Positions 18,966 to 27,600 are shown, numbered from the stretch's first letter. The stretch: DNA of 50,822 nucleotides from a virus (IMGVR_UViG_3300037423_000868:1-50822); one strand, 5' to 3'. Numbers and translations are program-made. Notes: a model not told the origin generated them from the sequence alone.

Positions 18966-20977
18966 TGAATATCAACATGCTGCGCGATGCCGACAACGAT
19001 GCCGGCTTCTACGCCGCGGCTTCCAGCGCCGATGCCCGCTGGCCGGGCGCCGTGCTGTACCGCTCGGTCGACAATGGCGTCAGTTACCAGCAGGTCGCGA
19101 CCTTCACCGCAGCGGCGACCATGGGCCGCACGCTCAATGCGCTGGGTGCGTTTTCCGGCGGGTTCCTCCCCGACGAGATCAACACCATCAAGGTATCACT
19201 CACGCGCGGCACGCTGTCATCCGTCGCCTATGCGTCGTTCCTGGCCGGCGTGCAGGCGGCGCTGGTCGGCGACGAGATCGTGTACTTCCGCAATGCGGTG
19301 CTGAACGCGGACGGCACCTATACCGTGTCGGGATTCCTGCGCGGGCTGCGCGGCAGCGAGTTCGCAATGGGGCAGCATGTCTCCGGCGAGCGCTTCGTCC
19401 TGCTCGACCCGGCCACGATCAAGCGCATCCCCGGCGAGACGGCGGACCTGCACGTGCCGCGCCTGTACAAGGCCGTCACCGTCGGCAGCACGCTGGCGAA
19501 GGCGACCGCGCAGAGTTTTACCAACGACGGCGCGGGATTGCGCCCGTATGCGCCGGTGCAGCTGGGCGGCGGCTTTGCCGCGAACGGCGACGCGCTGCTG
19601 TCGTGGACGCGGCGCAGCCGGATCTCCGGCGAATGGAGAAACGGCGTCGACGTACCGCTCGGCGAGGACAGCGAAGCCTATGAAGTGGAAATCTGGGATG
19701 CCGGCTTTGCCAGCAAAAAGCGCACGATCAGCGGCCTGTCGGCACCGTCGGCCGTCTACAGCGCGGCTGATCAGGCCATCGACTTTGGCAGCGCGCAATC
19801 GGTCATCCATTTCCGCGTCTACCAGCTGAGCGCGGTCATCGGGCGCGGCTACGGCGCGCAGGGCACGGTGCCGGCCACAGTCACCACGCCGCTCGCCGCC
19901 GATGATTCTGCAGCGCCGGTGGGCGATCCAGCGCCGACGCCGGACCCGACGCCGGTTCCGGTGCCGGACACGCGCGATCCGATGCTGCAGCCGTTCGCGT
20001 CGAGCTCGATCTGGAACATGCCGATCGGCAGCGGCGCGGTCTACGTGCCGGCCAACCTGAACCCGAACCCGGCGCCGGGCCAGTGGACCTCGATGCCGGG
20101 CTCGGACGACGAGCACATCATCCTGGCGGCAACCGCGCCGGTCACGAACATCAACCACAGCTCCGGCGGCTGGGGCGGCAACCGCTGCGTCTACGACACC
20201 ACGATTCTCACCACCGCGCCGATACCGTCCAGCTATGTCATGCCTAACAGCAATGACAACGATGGCGCGGCGATCCTGCTGGCCGACGGGCGCACGATCC
20301 GCCAGATGCAGCCCTTTGCGCGGTGCACGGCCGGCGGCCCGGCCACCGCGATGTTCCTGCAGGCCGACGTCGACCTGTACGGGCCGGGCATCACGGGCGC
20401 GCACGGCGGCTCGGGCCTGTCCTCGATCGGCGGCTGCCTGCGCCTCGGTGAACTGCGCCCGGGTGTCGCGCCGAAGCATGCGCTGAAGGTGAACGTGTAC
20501 GCGAAGCAGGCGCTGTACAAGGCGACATCAGCCGCGCAGGCCTATCGCTGGCCGGCGACGACCGGAGACGGTTACGCGGTCGGCTGGTATGGCATCGACG
20601 GCAACAACAGCAACACCGCGATGAAGATGGGCGCGCTGCTGGCGATTCCGGCCACCACCGACATCGATACGCTCGGCTTCGAGACGGCGCCGGCGCTGCT
20701 GCTGGCCTGGACGCTGCAGAACTATGGCGCGTACATCGTCGACGACACCTATGCGCCGGGGTTTGCCTTCTCGGTCGAGGAGGGCCCGAGCGGCAAGTTC
20801 ACGCAGCAGTTCCAGGGCGACTGGGGCTTCGCGTTCGACGGCAACCTCTTGAGCCCGAACGCGTGGAGCCGCGACATGCAACGCATCATGAGCGCGCTGT
20901 ACGTGGTGGACAACAACAGCGCGTCGTCCATCGGCGGCGGTGGCACGCCGCGCCAGCCGCTGGCCCCGGCCATCTAG
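18965..20977 (+). CDS. Tail tip protein, C-terminal part, plus Pro-rich linker and extra C-terminal domain
   Basis: TAATG coupling; LRG.RGSE, W.RRSR, VPLGE.SEAYEVEI, VYQLS..GRG motifs; then PAPTPDPTPVPVP and a domain of about 330 aa. Confidence 0.82.
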   Translation: MNINMLRDADNDAGFYAAASSADARWPGAVLYRSVDNGVSYQQVATFTAAATMGRTLNALGAFSGGFLPDEINTIKVSLTRGTLSSVAYASFLAGVQAALVGDEIVYFRNAVLNADGTYTVSGFLRGLRGSEFAMGQHVSGERFVLLDPATIKRIPGETADLHVPRLYKAVTVGSTLAKATAQSFTNDGAGLRPYAPVQLGGGFAANGDALLSWTRRSRISGEWRNGVDVPLGEDSEAYEVEIWDAGFASKKRTISGLSAPSAVYSAADQAIDFGSAQSVIHFRVYQLSAVIGRGYGAQGTVPATVTTPLAADDSAAPVGDPAPTPDPTPVPVPDTRDPMLQPFASSSIWNMPIGSGAVYVPANLNPNPAPGQWTSMPGSDDEHIILAATAPVTNINHSSGGWGGNRCVYDTTILTTAPIPSSYVMPNSNDNDGAAILLADGRTIRQMQPFARCTAGGPATAMFLQADVDLYGPGITGAHGGSGLSSIGGCLRLGELRPGVAPKHALKVNVYAKQALYKATSAAQAYRWPATTGDGYAVGWYGIDGNNSNTAMKMGALLAIPATTDIDTLGFETAPALLLAWTLQNYGAYIVDDTYAPGFAFSVEEGPSGKFTQQFQGDWGFAFDGNLLSPNAWSRDMQRIMSALYVVDNNSASSIGGGGTPRQPLAPAI

Positions 20978-21000
20978 CCGGCACCGTCAATTGCAACGAG

Positions 21001-21024
21001 AGCCGCCTTCGGGCGGTTTTTTTA
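21001..21024 (+). terminator. Terminator
   Basis: AGCCGCC-TTCG-GGCGGTT-TTTTT. Confidence 0.8.
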
Positions 21025-21034
21025 TGGGACATCC

Positions 21035-22777
21035 ATGAGCAACAGCACAACCAATCTCGACCTGATCGCGGCCGGCCAGGCCAACAAGGAGGTCACCGCC
21101 AACAGCCTGTTCGACGCCGCCAGCCCGGCGATGCTGTACGGCCGGCGCGCCTCGGCCACGGCCGGGCTGACCTGGGGCTATTACGGCGGCACCGTGTCGA
21201 TTGCCGGCACGCCGACGCAGGTCGCGAACGGCACGGTGACGCTGGCGGCATCGGCGACGAACTATGTCGAGGCCAACCCGGCGACCGGCGCGGTGTCGGT
21301 CAACCAGTCCGGCTTCACCGCGGGCCGCGCGCCGCTCTATACCGTCGTCGCCGGCGCATCGACGGTGACGAGCTATACCGATCAGCGCGTGCTGGGCGGC
21401 AGTGCTTCCGGCACCGTGAAAAGCGTCAATGGCGCGACGCCGGATGCGTCCGGTGCCGTGACGCTGAGCGCGGCGGATGTCGGCGCCGATCCTTCCGGCG
21501 CGGCGTCGGACGCGATCGCGGCGCACGATGCAGCCAGCGATCCGCACCCGCAGTACCTGACGCAGACGGAAGGCGATGCGCGCTATGCGTCGTCGGCGGC
21601 CGCCACGGGCGTCTCCAGCGTCAACGGGCACACGGGCACGGTCACGCTCTCGGCCACGGATGTCGGCGCGGATGCGGCAGGCGCGGCCAGTGCCGCCGTT
21701 GCTGCGCACGTCGCCGCGTCGGACCCGCACACGCAATATGCGCTGGAATCGACCATCGGCCAGCCGAATGGCATCGCCTCGCTCGGGAGCGATGGCAAGG
21801 TTCCCGCTTCACAGATACCGGCCGTTTCTTCAACATCGACGGCCTCGGCGCAGACCTTTACCGCCAGCGGCACCTGGACGAAGCCGGCGGGCTGCACCGT
21901 CGTCGAGGTCGTTGTCATCGGCGGTGGCGGTGGTGGAGGGGGCGGCTTCGGCGGTGCTGCAGGCGCGGTTCGTGGGGGCGGCTCTGGCGGTGGCGGCGGC
22001 GCTTGCGCGAAAGCGATCTATTCCGCTGCGGATCTACCGGCAACCCTGCCCGTCACGGTAGGTGCAGGCGGCTCGTCAGGGACCGGCGGTGTATCTGGAG
22101 GCGGTTCCAACGGCGGCACGGGTGGCACCTCTGCATTTGGCACGCTTCTATCGGCATATGGCGGAGGAGGCGGCGCGGGAGCGGGTTCCGGAAGCAATAA
22201 CTACATCGGCGGAGGCGGAGGCGGCACCGGTTCGGCCGGCAGCACTGGATCGACCTCCCCTGTATTAGGGGGCGGACCAACTATCACCAATAGTGCGGTA
22301 GGCATCGGCGGCGGGGGGGCGAGCAATGCTTCGGCCTCTAATCCCGGTAATCCCGCTGAATACGGAGGCGGGAGCGGTGGTGCATCGCATCCAGCTACGG
22401 CGACAGGTGGGACCGGCGGAACCTCGATCAACGGCGGCGCGGGCGGCGGCGGTGGTGGATCGCTTTGGTCGGATAACACTACGGTTGGCCAGCCAGGCGC
22501 CGGTGGCGGCGTCAATCAGTGGTCGCTATCAGGGGGCGGTGGTGGCGCTGCGGCATCCGGCACGGCGGGTGCGGCAGGAACGGCAGGTGCGGCAGGCAAC
22601 AGCACGGCGTCTGGGGCCGGCGGCGGCGGCGGGGCCTGCAACAGCGCAGGCACCGGCGGCGCGGGTGGTGCGGGCGGTGTTTGTGGCGGCGGGGGTGGCG
22701 GTGGTGGTGGCGGCACGACTACAGGCGGCGCAGGCGGTGCTGGCGGTCGCGGCGAAGTCCGGATCTTTTGCTATTAA
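21035..22777 (+). CDS. Tail fibre with glycine-rich C-terminal domain
   Basis: QANKEVTAN N-terminus, two V.SVNG..G.VTLSA.DVGAD..H.AASDPH.QY repeats, FTASGTWTKP, poly-Gly, GEVRI end. Confidence 0.85.
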   Translation: MSNSTTNLDLIAAGQANKEVTANSLFDAASPAMLYGRRASATAGLTWGYYGGTVSIAGTPTQVANGTVTLAASATNYVEANPATGAVSVNQSGFTAGRAPLYTVVAGASTVTSYTDQRVLGGSASGTVKSVNGATPDASGAVTLSAADVGADPSGAASDAIAAHDAASDPHPQYLTQTEGDARYASSAAATGVSSVNGHTGTVTLSATDVGADAAGAASAAVAAHVAASDPHTQYALESTIGQPNGIASLGSDGKVPASQIPAVSSTSTASAQTFTASGTWTKPAGCTVVEVVVIGGGGGGGGGFGGAAGAVRGGGSGGGGGACAKAIYSAADLPATLPVTVGAGGSSGTGGVSGGGSNGGTGGTSAFGTLLSAYGGGGGAGAGSGSNNYIGGGGGGTGSAGSTGSTSPVLGGGPTITNSAVGIGGGGASNASASNPGNPAEYGGGSGGASHPATATGGTGGTSINGGAGGGGGGSLWSDNTTVGQPGAGGGVNQWSLSGGGGGAAASGTAGAAGTAGAAGNSTASGAGGGGGACNSAGTGGAGGAGGVCGGGGGGGGGGTTTGGAGGAGGRGEVRIFCY

Positions 22778-22818
22778 CACGGATTGCACCTAGCCGGCGC
22801 AGATCGGCACACAAAGTC

Positions 22819-22843
22819 GCCCGCCGTCGTGCGGGCTTTTTTC
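22819..22843 (+). terminator. Terminator after the tail fibre
   Basis: GCCCGC-CGTCGT-GCGGGC-TTTTTT. Confidence 0.75.
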
Positions 22844-22864
22844 TGCCGATTTGAAAGGCCAGCA

Positions 22865-23113
22865 ATGACCGACAACGAACGCGCCGAGATCCACGACCGG
22901 CTCGCGCAGCTGGAAACCGAAGTGAAAGCCAATACCGAGCTGACGACGGGCCTGAAGGCCGATGTCAGCGAGCTGCTCGATATCCTCAGCGCCGGCAAGT
23001 CTGGCCTGCGCGTGCTCGGCGTGCTGGGCGCGGTGCTGAAATGGACCGCCGGCATCGTGACGGCGGTCGCCGCGATCTGGGCAGCGCTGCACCAGGGTGG
23101 CGGGATCAAATGA
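22865..23113 (+). CDS. Coiled-coil plus TM protein of the lysis region (holin/antiholin-like)
   Basis: N-terminal coiled coil and C-terminal hydrophobic helix; SD GAAAGG. Confidence 0.6.
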   Translation: MTDNERAEIHDRLAQLETEVKANTELTTGLKADVSELLDILSAGKSGLRVLGVLGAVLKWTAGIVTAVAAIWAALHQGGGIK

Positions 23114-23382
23114 ACGGGAGCGGATACGTGCCACTGGATGTGCTGCTGCTGGTTCTCTGCTATGCCGCCTGCGTCGCGGTGATGCTGCGCGCGCGGCGCG
23201 CGCCCGAGTTCGCGGACATGTTCCGGCTCGCCGGCTGGTTCGTGCTGAGCGTGCGGCTAACGGACCTGATGCTGTCCGAGCACGACCTGCCGATCGGCCT
23301 GCCGTCGGTCATCGCGCTGTATTGCCTGGCGCTCGCGGAAGTGACCGCCGCGGCGCTGTACCGGCGCGTGGAGGCGCCATGA
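23110..23382 (+). CDS. Small membrane protein (about 3 TM)
   Basis: ATGA coupling; three hydrophobic stretches. Confidence 0.6.
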   Translation: MNGSGYVPLDVLLLVLCYAACVAVMLRARRAPEFADMFRLAGWFVLSVRLTDLMLSEHDLPIGLPSVIALYCLALAEVTAAALYRRVEAP

Positions 23383-23519
23383 CGCGCGTCGTTCTGTGCC
23401 TGCTGGCCGTGGCGATGGTTGTCGCCTGGGCGGTTTTCTACGTGATCCCCTACGCGCGCGACGAGCTGTTCTCGGTCGAGAACCTGGCTGCGGCGTTCCG
23501 TGCGCTGTTCTACCGCTAA
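23379..23519 (+). CDS. Small membrane protein (46 aa)
   Basis: SD GGAGG, ATGA coupling, one TM helix. Confidence 0.55.
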   Translation: MTRVVLCLLAVAMVVAWAVFYVIPYARDELFSVENLAAAFRALFYR

Positions 23520-23530
23520 AAAGGAGTCGC

Positions 23531-23761
23531 ATGAATCTCGTGGACGATTGGGACACCGTGCTGAAAAAGGCGTGGTCCGTGAAGTTTTCGATCGCGTCGG
23601 CGCTGCTGGGCGGCGCGGAAGTCGCCGTGCAGCTGATCCAGCCGGAAGGCGTGTCGAGCGGGCTGTTCGCCGGCCTGGCGGCGCTGGTGTCGATGATGGC
23701 GGTCGGCGCGCGCATCCTCGCGCAGCAGGAGATGCACGATGCCGGTCCTGCAGCGAAGTAG
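23531..23761 (+). CDS. Holin
   Basis: M.LVDDW..VLKKAWSV...ARILAQ pattern with 2 TM; SD AAGGAG; adjacent to the endolysin. Confidence 0.75.
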   Translation: MNLVDDWDTVLKKAWSVKFSIASALLGGAEVAVQLIQPEGVSSGLFAGLAALVSMMAVGARILAQQEMHDAGPAAK

Positions 23762-24203
23762 GCAGGCAGCCGGCTGGTGCGCGATCGCCGTCGCGTGCGT
23801 GTCCGGCTTCGAGGGGCTGCGCACGGCGGCCTATAGCGATCCCGTTGGCATTCCGACGATCTGCTTCGGCGAAACGAAAGGCGTGCGCCTGGGCGACCGC
23901 GCAACGGTGGACGAGTGCAAGGCGATGCTCGCCGATTCGCTGCAGATCGCGAACCGCGGCGTCGATTCGTGCGTGCGCGTCTTTCTGCCGGACGAGCGTC
24001 GCGCCGCGCTCGTGTCCTTCACCTACAACGTCGGCGTGCAGAACCTGTGTTCGTCCACCCTGGTGCGCAAGCTGAACGCCGGCGACACGGTCGGCGCCTG
24101 TAATGAACTGCTGCGCTGGAACCGGGCGAAAGGCATCGTGCTGCCGGGCCTGACGAAACGGCGTGAAGCCGAACGGCAGATGTGCCTGAAGGGGCTGACA
24201 TGA
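23739..24203 (+). CDS. Endolysin, GH24 lysozyme (SAR-type N-terminus)
   Basis: FEG....AY.D..G.PTICFGET catalytic E-D-T, SFTYNVG, GL.KRR.AE; weakly hydrophobic N-terminus. Confidence 0.92.
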   Translation: MPVLQRSRQAAGWCAIAVACVSGFEGLRTAAYSDPVGIPTICFGETKGVRLGDRATVDECKAMLADSLQIANRGVDSCVRVFLPDERRAALVSFTYNVGVQNLCSSTLVRKLNAGDTVGACNELLRWNRAKGIVLPGLTKRREAERQMCLKGLT

Positions 24204-24583
24204 ACGGCCTGACCATCATCGCCGCCGCGGTGGCGTTCGCCATCGGCACGGGCGCCGGCGTGAAGCTGACCTCGGATCACTACTCCGCCAGGACCGCGAA
24301 GGCGCAGCAGGCTGCTGCGGCTGCGTACCAGGCGCGCACGGAAGAACTCAACGCCGTCTCGGCACAACTGGAGCAGGCCCGCCATGAACGCAAGATCGTC
24401 TACCGGACCATCACGCAGCAGGTTGACCGGATTGTCGCGCGCGACGTGTATCGCAATGTGTGCCTGGACGCTGATGGCCTGTCAGCCGTCAACGCCGCTC
24501 TTGCGGGAAAGCCCGTCGATCCCGGCGTCCTTGATGCAGCCGTGCCCGCCGCTGGAGCCGCTGCAGGGAGTGACCGGCGCTGA
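24200..24583 (+). CDS. Inner-membrane spanin (Rz-like)
   Basis: N-terminal TM, coiled coil, VYRNVCLDADG. Confidence 0.8.
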   Translation: MNGLTIIAAAVAFAIGTGAGVKLTSDHYSARTAKAQQAAAAAYQARTEELNAVSAQLEQARHERKIVYRTITQQVDRIVARDVYRNVCLDADGLSAVNAALAGKPVDPGVLDAAVPAAGAAAGSDRR

Positions 24584-24668
24584 CGTGCTGAAGAAGCTGG
24601 TCGAAGTTGGCCAGGTCTATCGCGAATGCGCGGACGGCAAGGATGCGCTGATCCGGGCGGTGCGGTGA
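24384..24668 (+). CDS. Outer-membrane spanin (Rz1-like lipoprotein); start uncertain (possibly TTG 24423)
   Basis: Overlaps the Rz-like gene in another frame; lipobox-like LMA-C, Pro-rich PASLMQPCPPL, Y.EC. Confidence 0.72.
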   Translation: MNARSSTGPSRSRLTGLSRATCIAMCAWTLMACQPSTPLLRESPSIPASLMQPCPPLEPLQGVTGADVLKKLVEVGQVYRECADGKDALIRAVR

Positions 24669-24672
24669 TGCC

Positions 24673-24960
24673 ATGGGTCTGCGCTCTTTCTCGAATTGCA
24701 TCGCCTTCGCCGTGGCGTTCTGCTGGCGGCGCCGGCACAAGCGCGACTGGTATTTCGCCATCCGCATGAGCCGGCATGGCCCGTTCATCCATGCGCTGTG
24801 CGGGCGCAGGACGCGCGACGGCAAGATCCGCGTCGTGTCCTACATCCCGCGTTATCCGAAGCAGAGATGGATCCCGCCGCCCCTGTTTGACGGCTTCACG
24901 AAATGGGGCGACAACCTTCCTCACCCGCCTGGAGGTTCTGTTGACGACACGAAGCCGTAA
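24673..24960 (+). CDS. Hypothetical basic protein
   Basis: Fills the gap between the spanin and the next coupled ORF. Confidence 0.55.
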   Translation: MGLRSFSNCIAFAVAFCWRRRHKRDWYFAIRMSRHGPFIHALCGRRTRDGKIRVVSYIPRYPKQRWIPPPLFDGFTKWGDNLPHPPGGSVDDTKP

Positions 24961-25150
24961 GACAAAAGCCACGGACGACACGCCGCGCTGCGGCACCTGC
25001 GAATACTTCACGGCCGAACCGAAAGATGACGATGGCAAGTGCAGGCGCTACCCGCCATCGACGCTGCTCAGCGGCGACGACCTCGTGTTCCTGCAGCCCG
25101 TGGTCGACCAGACCGGATGGTGCGGCGAGTTTCGGCGGAGGGTGTCATGA
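24941..25150 (+). CDS. Small Cys4 metal-binding protein
   Basis: SD GGAGG 24931, then TTG; C.TC.YF...CRRYPP...P.V....WCGEF. Confidence 0.7.
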   Translation: MTTRSRKTKATDDTPRCGTCEYFTAEPKDDDGKCRRYPPSTLLSGDDLVFLQPVVDQTGWCGEFRRRVS

Positions 25151-26094
25151 AGGCGGCCTGCTCGGATGATGAGTTCGTTCGCCTCTGGAACGAGCACCAG
25201 TCGCCTCTCGCGGTCGCGCATGCGCTGAAGGTCAACGTGCGCAATGTCTACGCCAGGAGGAGCGCGATCGAGGCCAGACGCGGCATCGAAATGCGATCAA
25301 TGACAACGAAGGCGCGCGCGACATTTCCAGAGAACGGCATCCGAACACTGGTCGAGATTGAGAATGGCATTGTGCTTATCTCGTCTGATCATCATTACTG
25401 GCCGGGGATCGTATCGACCGCGCACCGTGCCTTCGTCGTTGCCGCGCGCGAGCTGAAGCCGAAGGCGGTGATCCTGAATGGCGATGTAAGCGATGGCGCG
25501 CGCAGTGGACGACACCCGCGCATCGGCTGGCAGTCCTCGCCGTCGATCAAGCAGGAGCTGGAAGCGGCGCAGGAACGCACCGGGGAAATCGAGGAAGAGG
25601 CGAAGGATGCGCTGACGCTCTGGAACATGGGCAATCATGACATTCGATTCGACTCGAAGCTCAGCGCAATGGTGCCCGAGTTCGAGGGCGTGCAAGGCTT
25701 CGCGCTGAAGGACCATTTCCCGCGCTGGCGGATCGGCATGAGCACGCTGATCAATGGCCACACGATGGTCAAGCACCGCTGGCACAACGGCATCCATGCG
25801 ACCTATAACAACGTGCTGAAGTCGGGACTATCGATCGTGACGGGACACCTTCATGCGCTCGGCGTGCGGGCCTACACCGACTATCGCGGGACGCGCTACG
25901 CGATTGATACCGGGACGCTCGCCGCGCCGGATGGCCCGCAGTTCACGTATGCCGAGGACAACCCGCAGAATCACAGGTCGGGGTTTGCGGTGCTCACGTT
26001 TCACAACGGAAAGCTGATGCCGCCAGAGTTGGTCGAAGTGATCGACGAAGACGCCGGCCTGATCTTCTTCCGTGGCCAAGTCGTGCAGGTGTAG
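25147..26094 (+). CDS. Calcineurin-like metallophosphoesterase with N-terminal HTH-like segment
   Basis: SDHH, NGD, GNHD, KH and GHLH motifs. Confidence 0.88.
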   Translation: MKAACSDDEFVRLWNEHQSPLAVAHALKVNVRNVYARRSAIEARRGIEMRSMTTKARATFPENGIRTLVEIENGIVLISSDHHYWPGIVSTAHRAFVVAARELKPKAVILNGDVSDGARSGRHPRIGWQSSPSIKQELEAAQERTGEIEEEAKDALTLWNMGNHDIRFDSKLSAMVPEFEGVQGFALKDHFPRWRIGMSTLINGHTMVKHRWHNGIHATYNNVLKSGLSIVTGHLHALGVRAYTDYRGTRYAIDTGTLAAPDGPQFTYAEDNPQNHRSGFAVLTFHNGKLMPPELVEVIDEDAGLIFFRGQVVQV

Positions 26095-26120
26095 AAATTA
26101 TTGCTTCGAATAATTTCTAC
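26091..26120. repeat. Perfect 12-bp inverted repeat at the convergence of the late and early arms
   Basis: GTAGAAATTATT-GCTTCG-AATAATTTCTAC. Confidence 0.85.
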
Positions 26121-26188
26121 AGAAAACATTGGGTAGTCGCCAGCGTCGGATCGCAGTATGCTGATTGATATGCTGGCGAAGCATGGCC

Positions 26189-26228
26189 AGTAAACATAAG
26201 GCTACCGGAAACGCCCGTTATGCGTCGC
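26189..26228 (-). repeat. Xer/dif-like boundary site A
   Basis: Minus strand: GCGACGCATAA-18bp-TTATGTTTACT; TAA is the stop codon of 26218-26424. Confidence 0.6.
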
Positions 26229-26424
26229 GCACTTCCTTGGCCGTCATCAGCGCATCATGCGCCCGCGCCAATTTCTCCGCGAGATTCTGTGCGTATTGCC
26301 GTGCGCTATCTGTGACCGCCTTTTGCGCATGTTCCCGAAAAGCGCCTTCCTTGTCCTTAATCGCCACCATTGCCGCGATCAATGCCTCATCATCCATCAC
26401 CGCCACAAGCTGTTTAGTGCTCAT
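26218..26424 (-). CDS. Hypothetical protein (cassette-like ORF)
   Basis: SD GGAG, 68 aa, ends DA-stop inside site A. Confidence 0.7.
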   Translation of the reverse strand: MSTKQLVAVMDDEALIAAMVAIKDKEGAFREHAQKAVTDSARQYAQNLAEKLARAHDALMTAKEVRDA

Positions 26425-26438
26425 TGGTATCTCCGTTT

Positions 26439-26467
26439 TGTTTACAGAATCCCGAATTATGCGTCGT
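26439..26467 (-). repeat. Xer/dif-like boundary site B
   Basis: Minus strand: ACGACGCATAA-TTCGGGA-TTCTGTAAACA. Confidence 0.6.
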
Positions 26468-26720
26468 TAATGGTGCCATTCTTGTGAATGCCAGCTCGCA
26501 GCTTTTGCCGCGCAGCCTCATACCTCGCGTTCTCCTTACGTTCGGAACGCATTTCCAGCAAGGCAAACAGCGGGGCCAGAGGCAGCAGAAACAGGCACAA
26601 CAGCCGCACAAACAGCCCCCATATTGCGCCGACCAATGCCGCTAGGGATTCATCGATGTTTAGCCACATATTTAACTGATGGGTTGTCTGCTGCCGTAGG
26701 TAGTAGGAGTATGGGCGCAT
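26457..26720 (-). CDS. Small membrane protein (cassette-like ORF)
   Basis: SD AAGGA; one long hydrophobic segment; ends DA-stop inside site B. Confidence 0.68.
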   Translation of the reverse strand: MRPYSYYLRQQTTHQLNMWLNIDESLAALVGAIWGLFVRLLCLFLLPLAPLFALLEMRSERKENARYEAARQKLRAGIHKNGTINDA

Positions 26721-26756
26721 TTTCAGGTATCCTTTTTACGCTGGCTGATAATGGTT

Positions 26757-26796
26757 AATTGACATAAAGCTGCCGAAAACGCCGGTTATGCACCGT
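26757..26796 (-). repeat. Xer/dif-like boundary site C
   Basis: Minus strand: ACGGTGCATAA-18bp-TTATGTCAATT; spacer similar to that of site A. Confidence 0.65.
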
Positions 26797-27259
26797 TCGT
26801 CTGTTTCAGGATGGCATCGATTGCGGCATCCAGTCCTTCCGGCGTGTAGCAGGTATCCGGGTTATATGGTCCGCTGACCATCGGCATGGCACTGTGCCGG
26901 CGGTCCCGTAACGCGCGATACCGTTGGGCATCCTTTTCCAGCTCGGCAATGCGATGCGCAAGCCACTCGATCTGCTTCACGGCGTTCATGAACTCATGCG
27001 TTTCCGGGTGCGCGATAGGTGCGCCGGCCTTGTGCAGCGCCTTGATGATGTCGGTACGGTACTGCCCGGCCGTGCTCTCGAAATCCACCTGAATTGGGAT
27101 GCTTTCGATTTCCATCACCTGAACCGGCGCGGCATCCAGCAAGGCCCGCGCTGCCGCGTAGACATAGGGTTTCAGATCGGTCAACCCCTCTTTGATCGTG
27201 AAGCCGTTAGCGAGGAAGATTTCGCGGATTTGCTCATTCGTCATCGTTGTATTTTTCAT
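26786..27259 (-). CDS. Ead/Ea22-like mosaic hypothetical protein
   Basis: IREIFLANGFTIKEG..DLKPYVYAAARALL and LEKDAQRYRALR..LDAAIDA motifs common in lambdoid early genes; start may be 27259 or 27244. Confidence 0.7.
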   Translation of the reverse strand: MKNTTMTNEQIREIFLANGFTIKEGLTDLKPYVYAAARALLDAAPVQVMEIESIPIQVDFESTAGQYRTDIIKALHKAGAPIAHPETHEFMNAVKQIEWLAHRIAELEKDAQRYRALRDRRHSAMPMVSGPYNPDTCYTPEGLDAAIDAILKQTNGA

Positions 27260-27278
27260 ATTGGATATTATGCGACGC
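27251..27278 (-). repeat. Xer/dif-like boundary site D (canonical 11-6-11 geometry)
   Basis: Minus strand: GCGTCGCATAA-TATCCA-ATATGAAAAAT versus E. coli dif GGTGCGCATAA-TGTATA-TTATGTTAAAT. Confidence 0.65.
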
Positions 27279-27600
27279 GCCGATGGCACGGCCCGAGGCC
27301 GCACGATGGGCAAGTGCGCGGGTAGGGTTGACCGGCTTCCTTCATGCGCTGCTGGCAAGCTATCGGACCCACTTTGCTCGGCGGCATTGGTGGGGCTGGC
27401 GGAATGGATATGTTCACGTTTTGCCATTTTTTGGACATATCCGGCTGATATGGCGATGGCGTGAACATATTGATCGCCGCCTGCCAGCCTTCCCATCGCG
27501 CCCGCACGAACTGGTCGATGTACTCGCCGGCATTGTCCTTTTTGGCTTGCCGCGAGGACAGTTGAAAGTGCGCCTCGAAGGCGGCGCGGGTATCGGTCAT
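27268..27600 (-). CDS. Hypothetical protein with C-terminal YPRTC..CGLGPC motif
   Basis: SD GGGAG; RAAFEA..WEGWQAA motif; ends VA-stop inside site D. Confidence 0.72.
   Translation of the reverse strand: MTDTRAAFEAHFQLSSRQAKKDNAGEYIDQFVRARWEGWQAAINMFTPSPYQPDMSKKWQNVNISIPPAPPMPPSKVGPIACQQRMKEAGQPYPRTCPSCGLGPCHRRVA

Noticed and set aside
21900-22760. GGC-rich repeats as a DNA repeat element or DGR variable region
   Set aside because: Explained by polyglycine coding; no reverse transcriptase or template repeat seen
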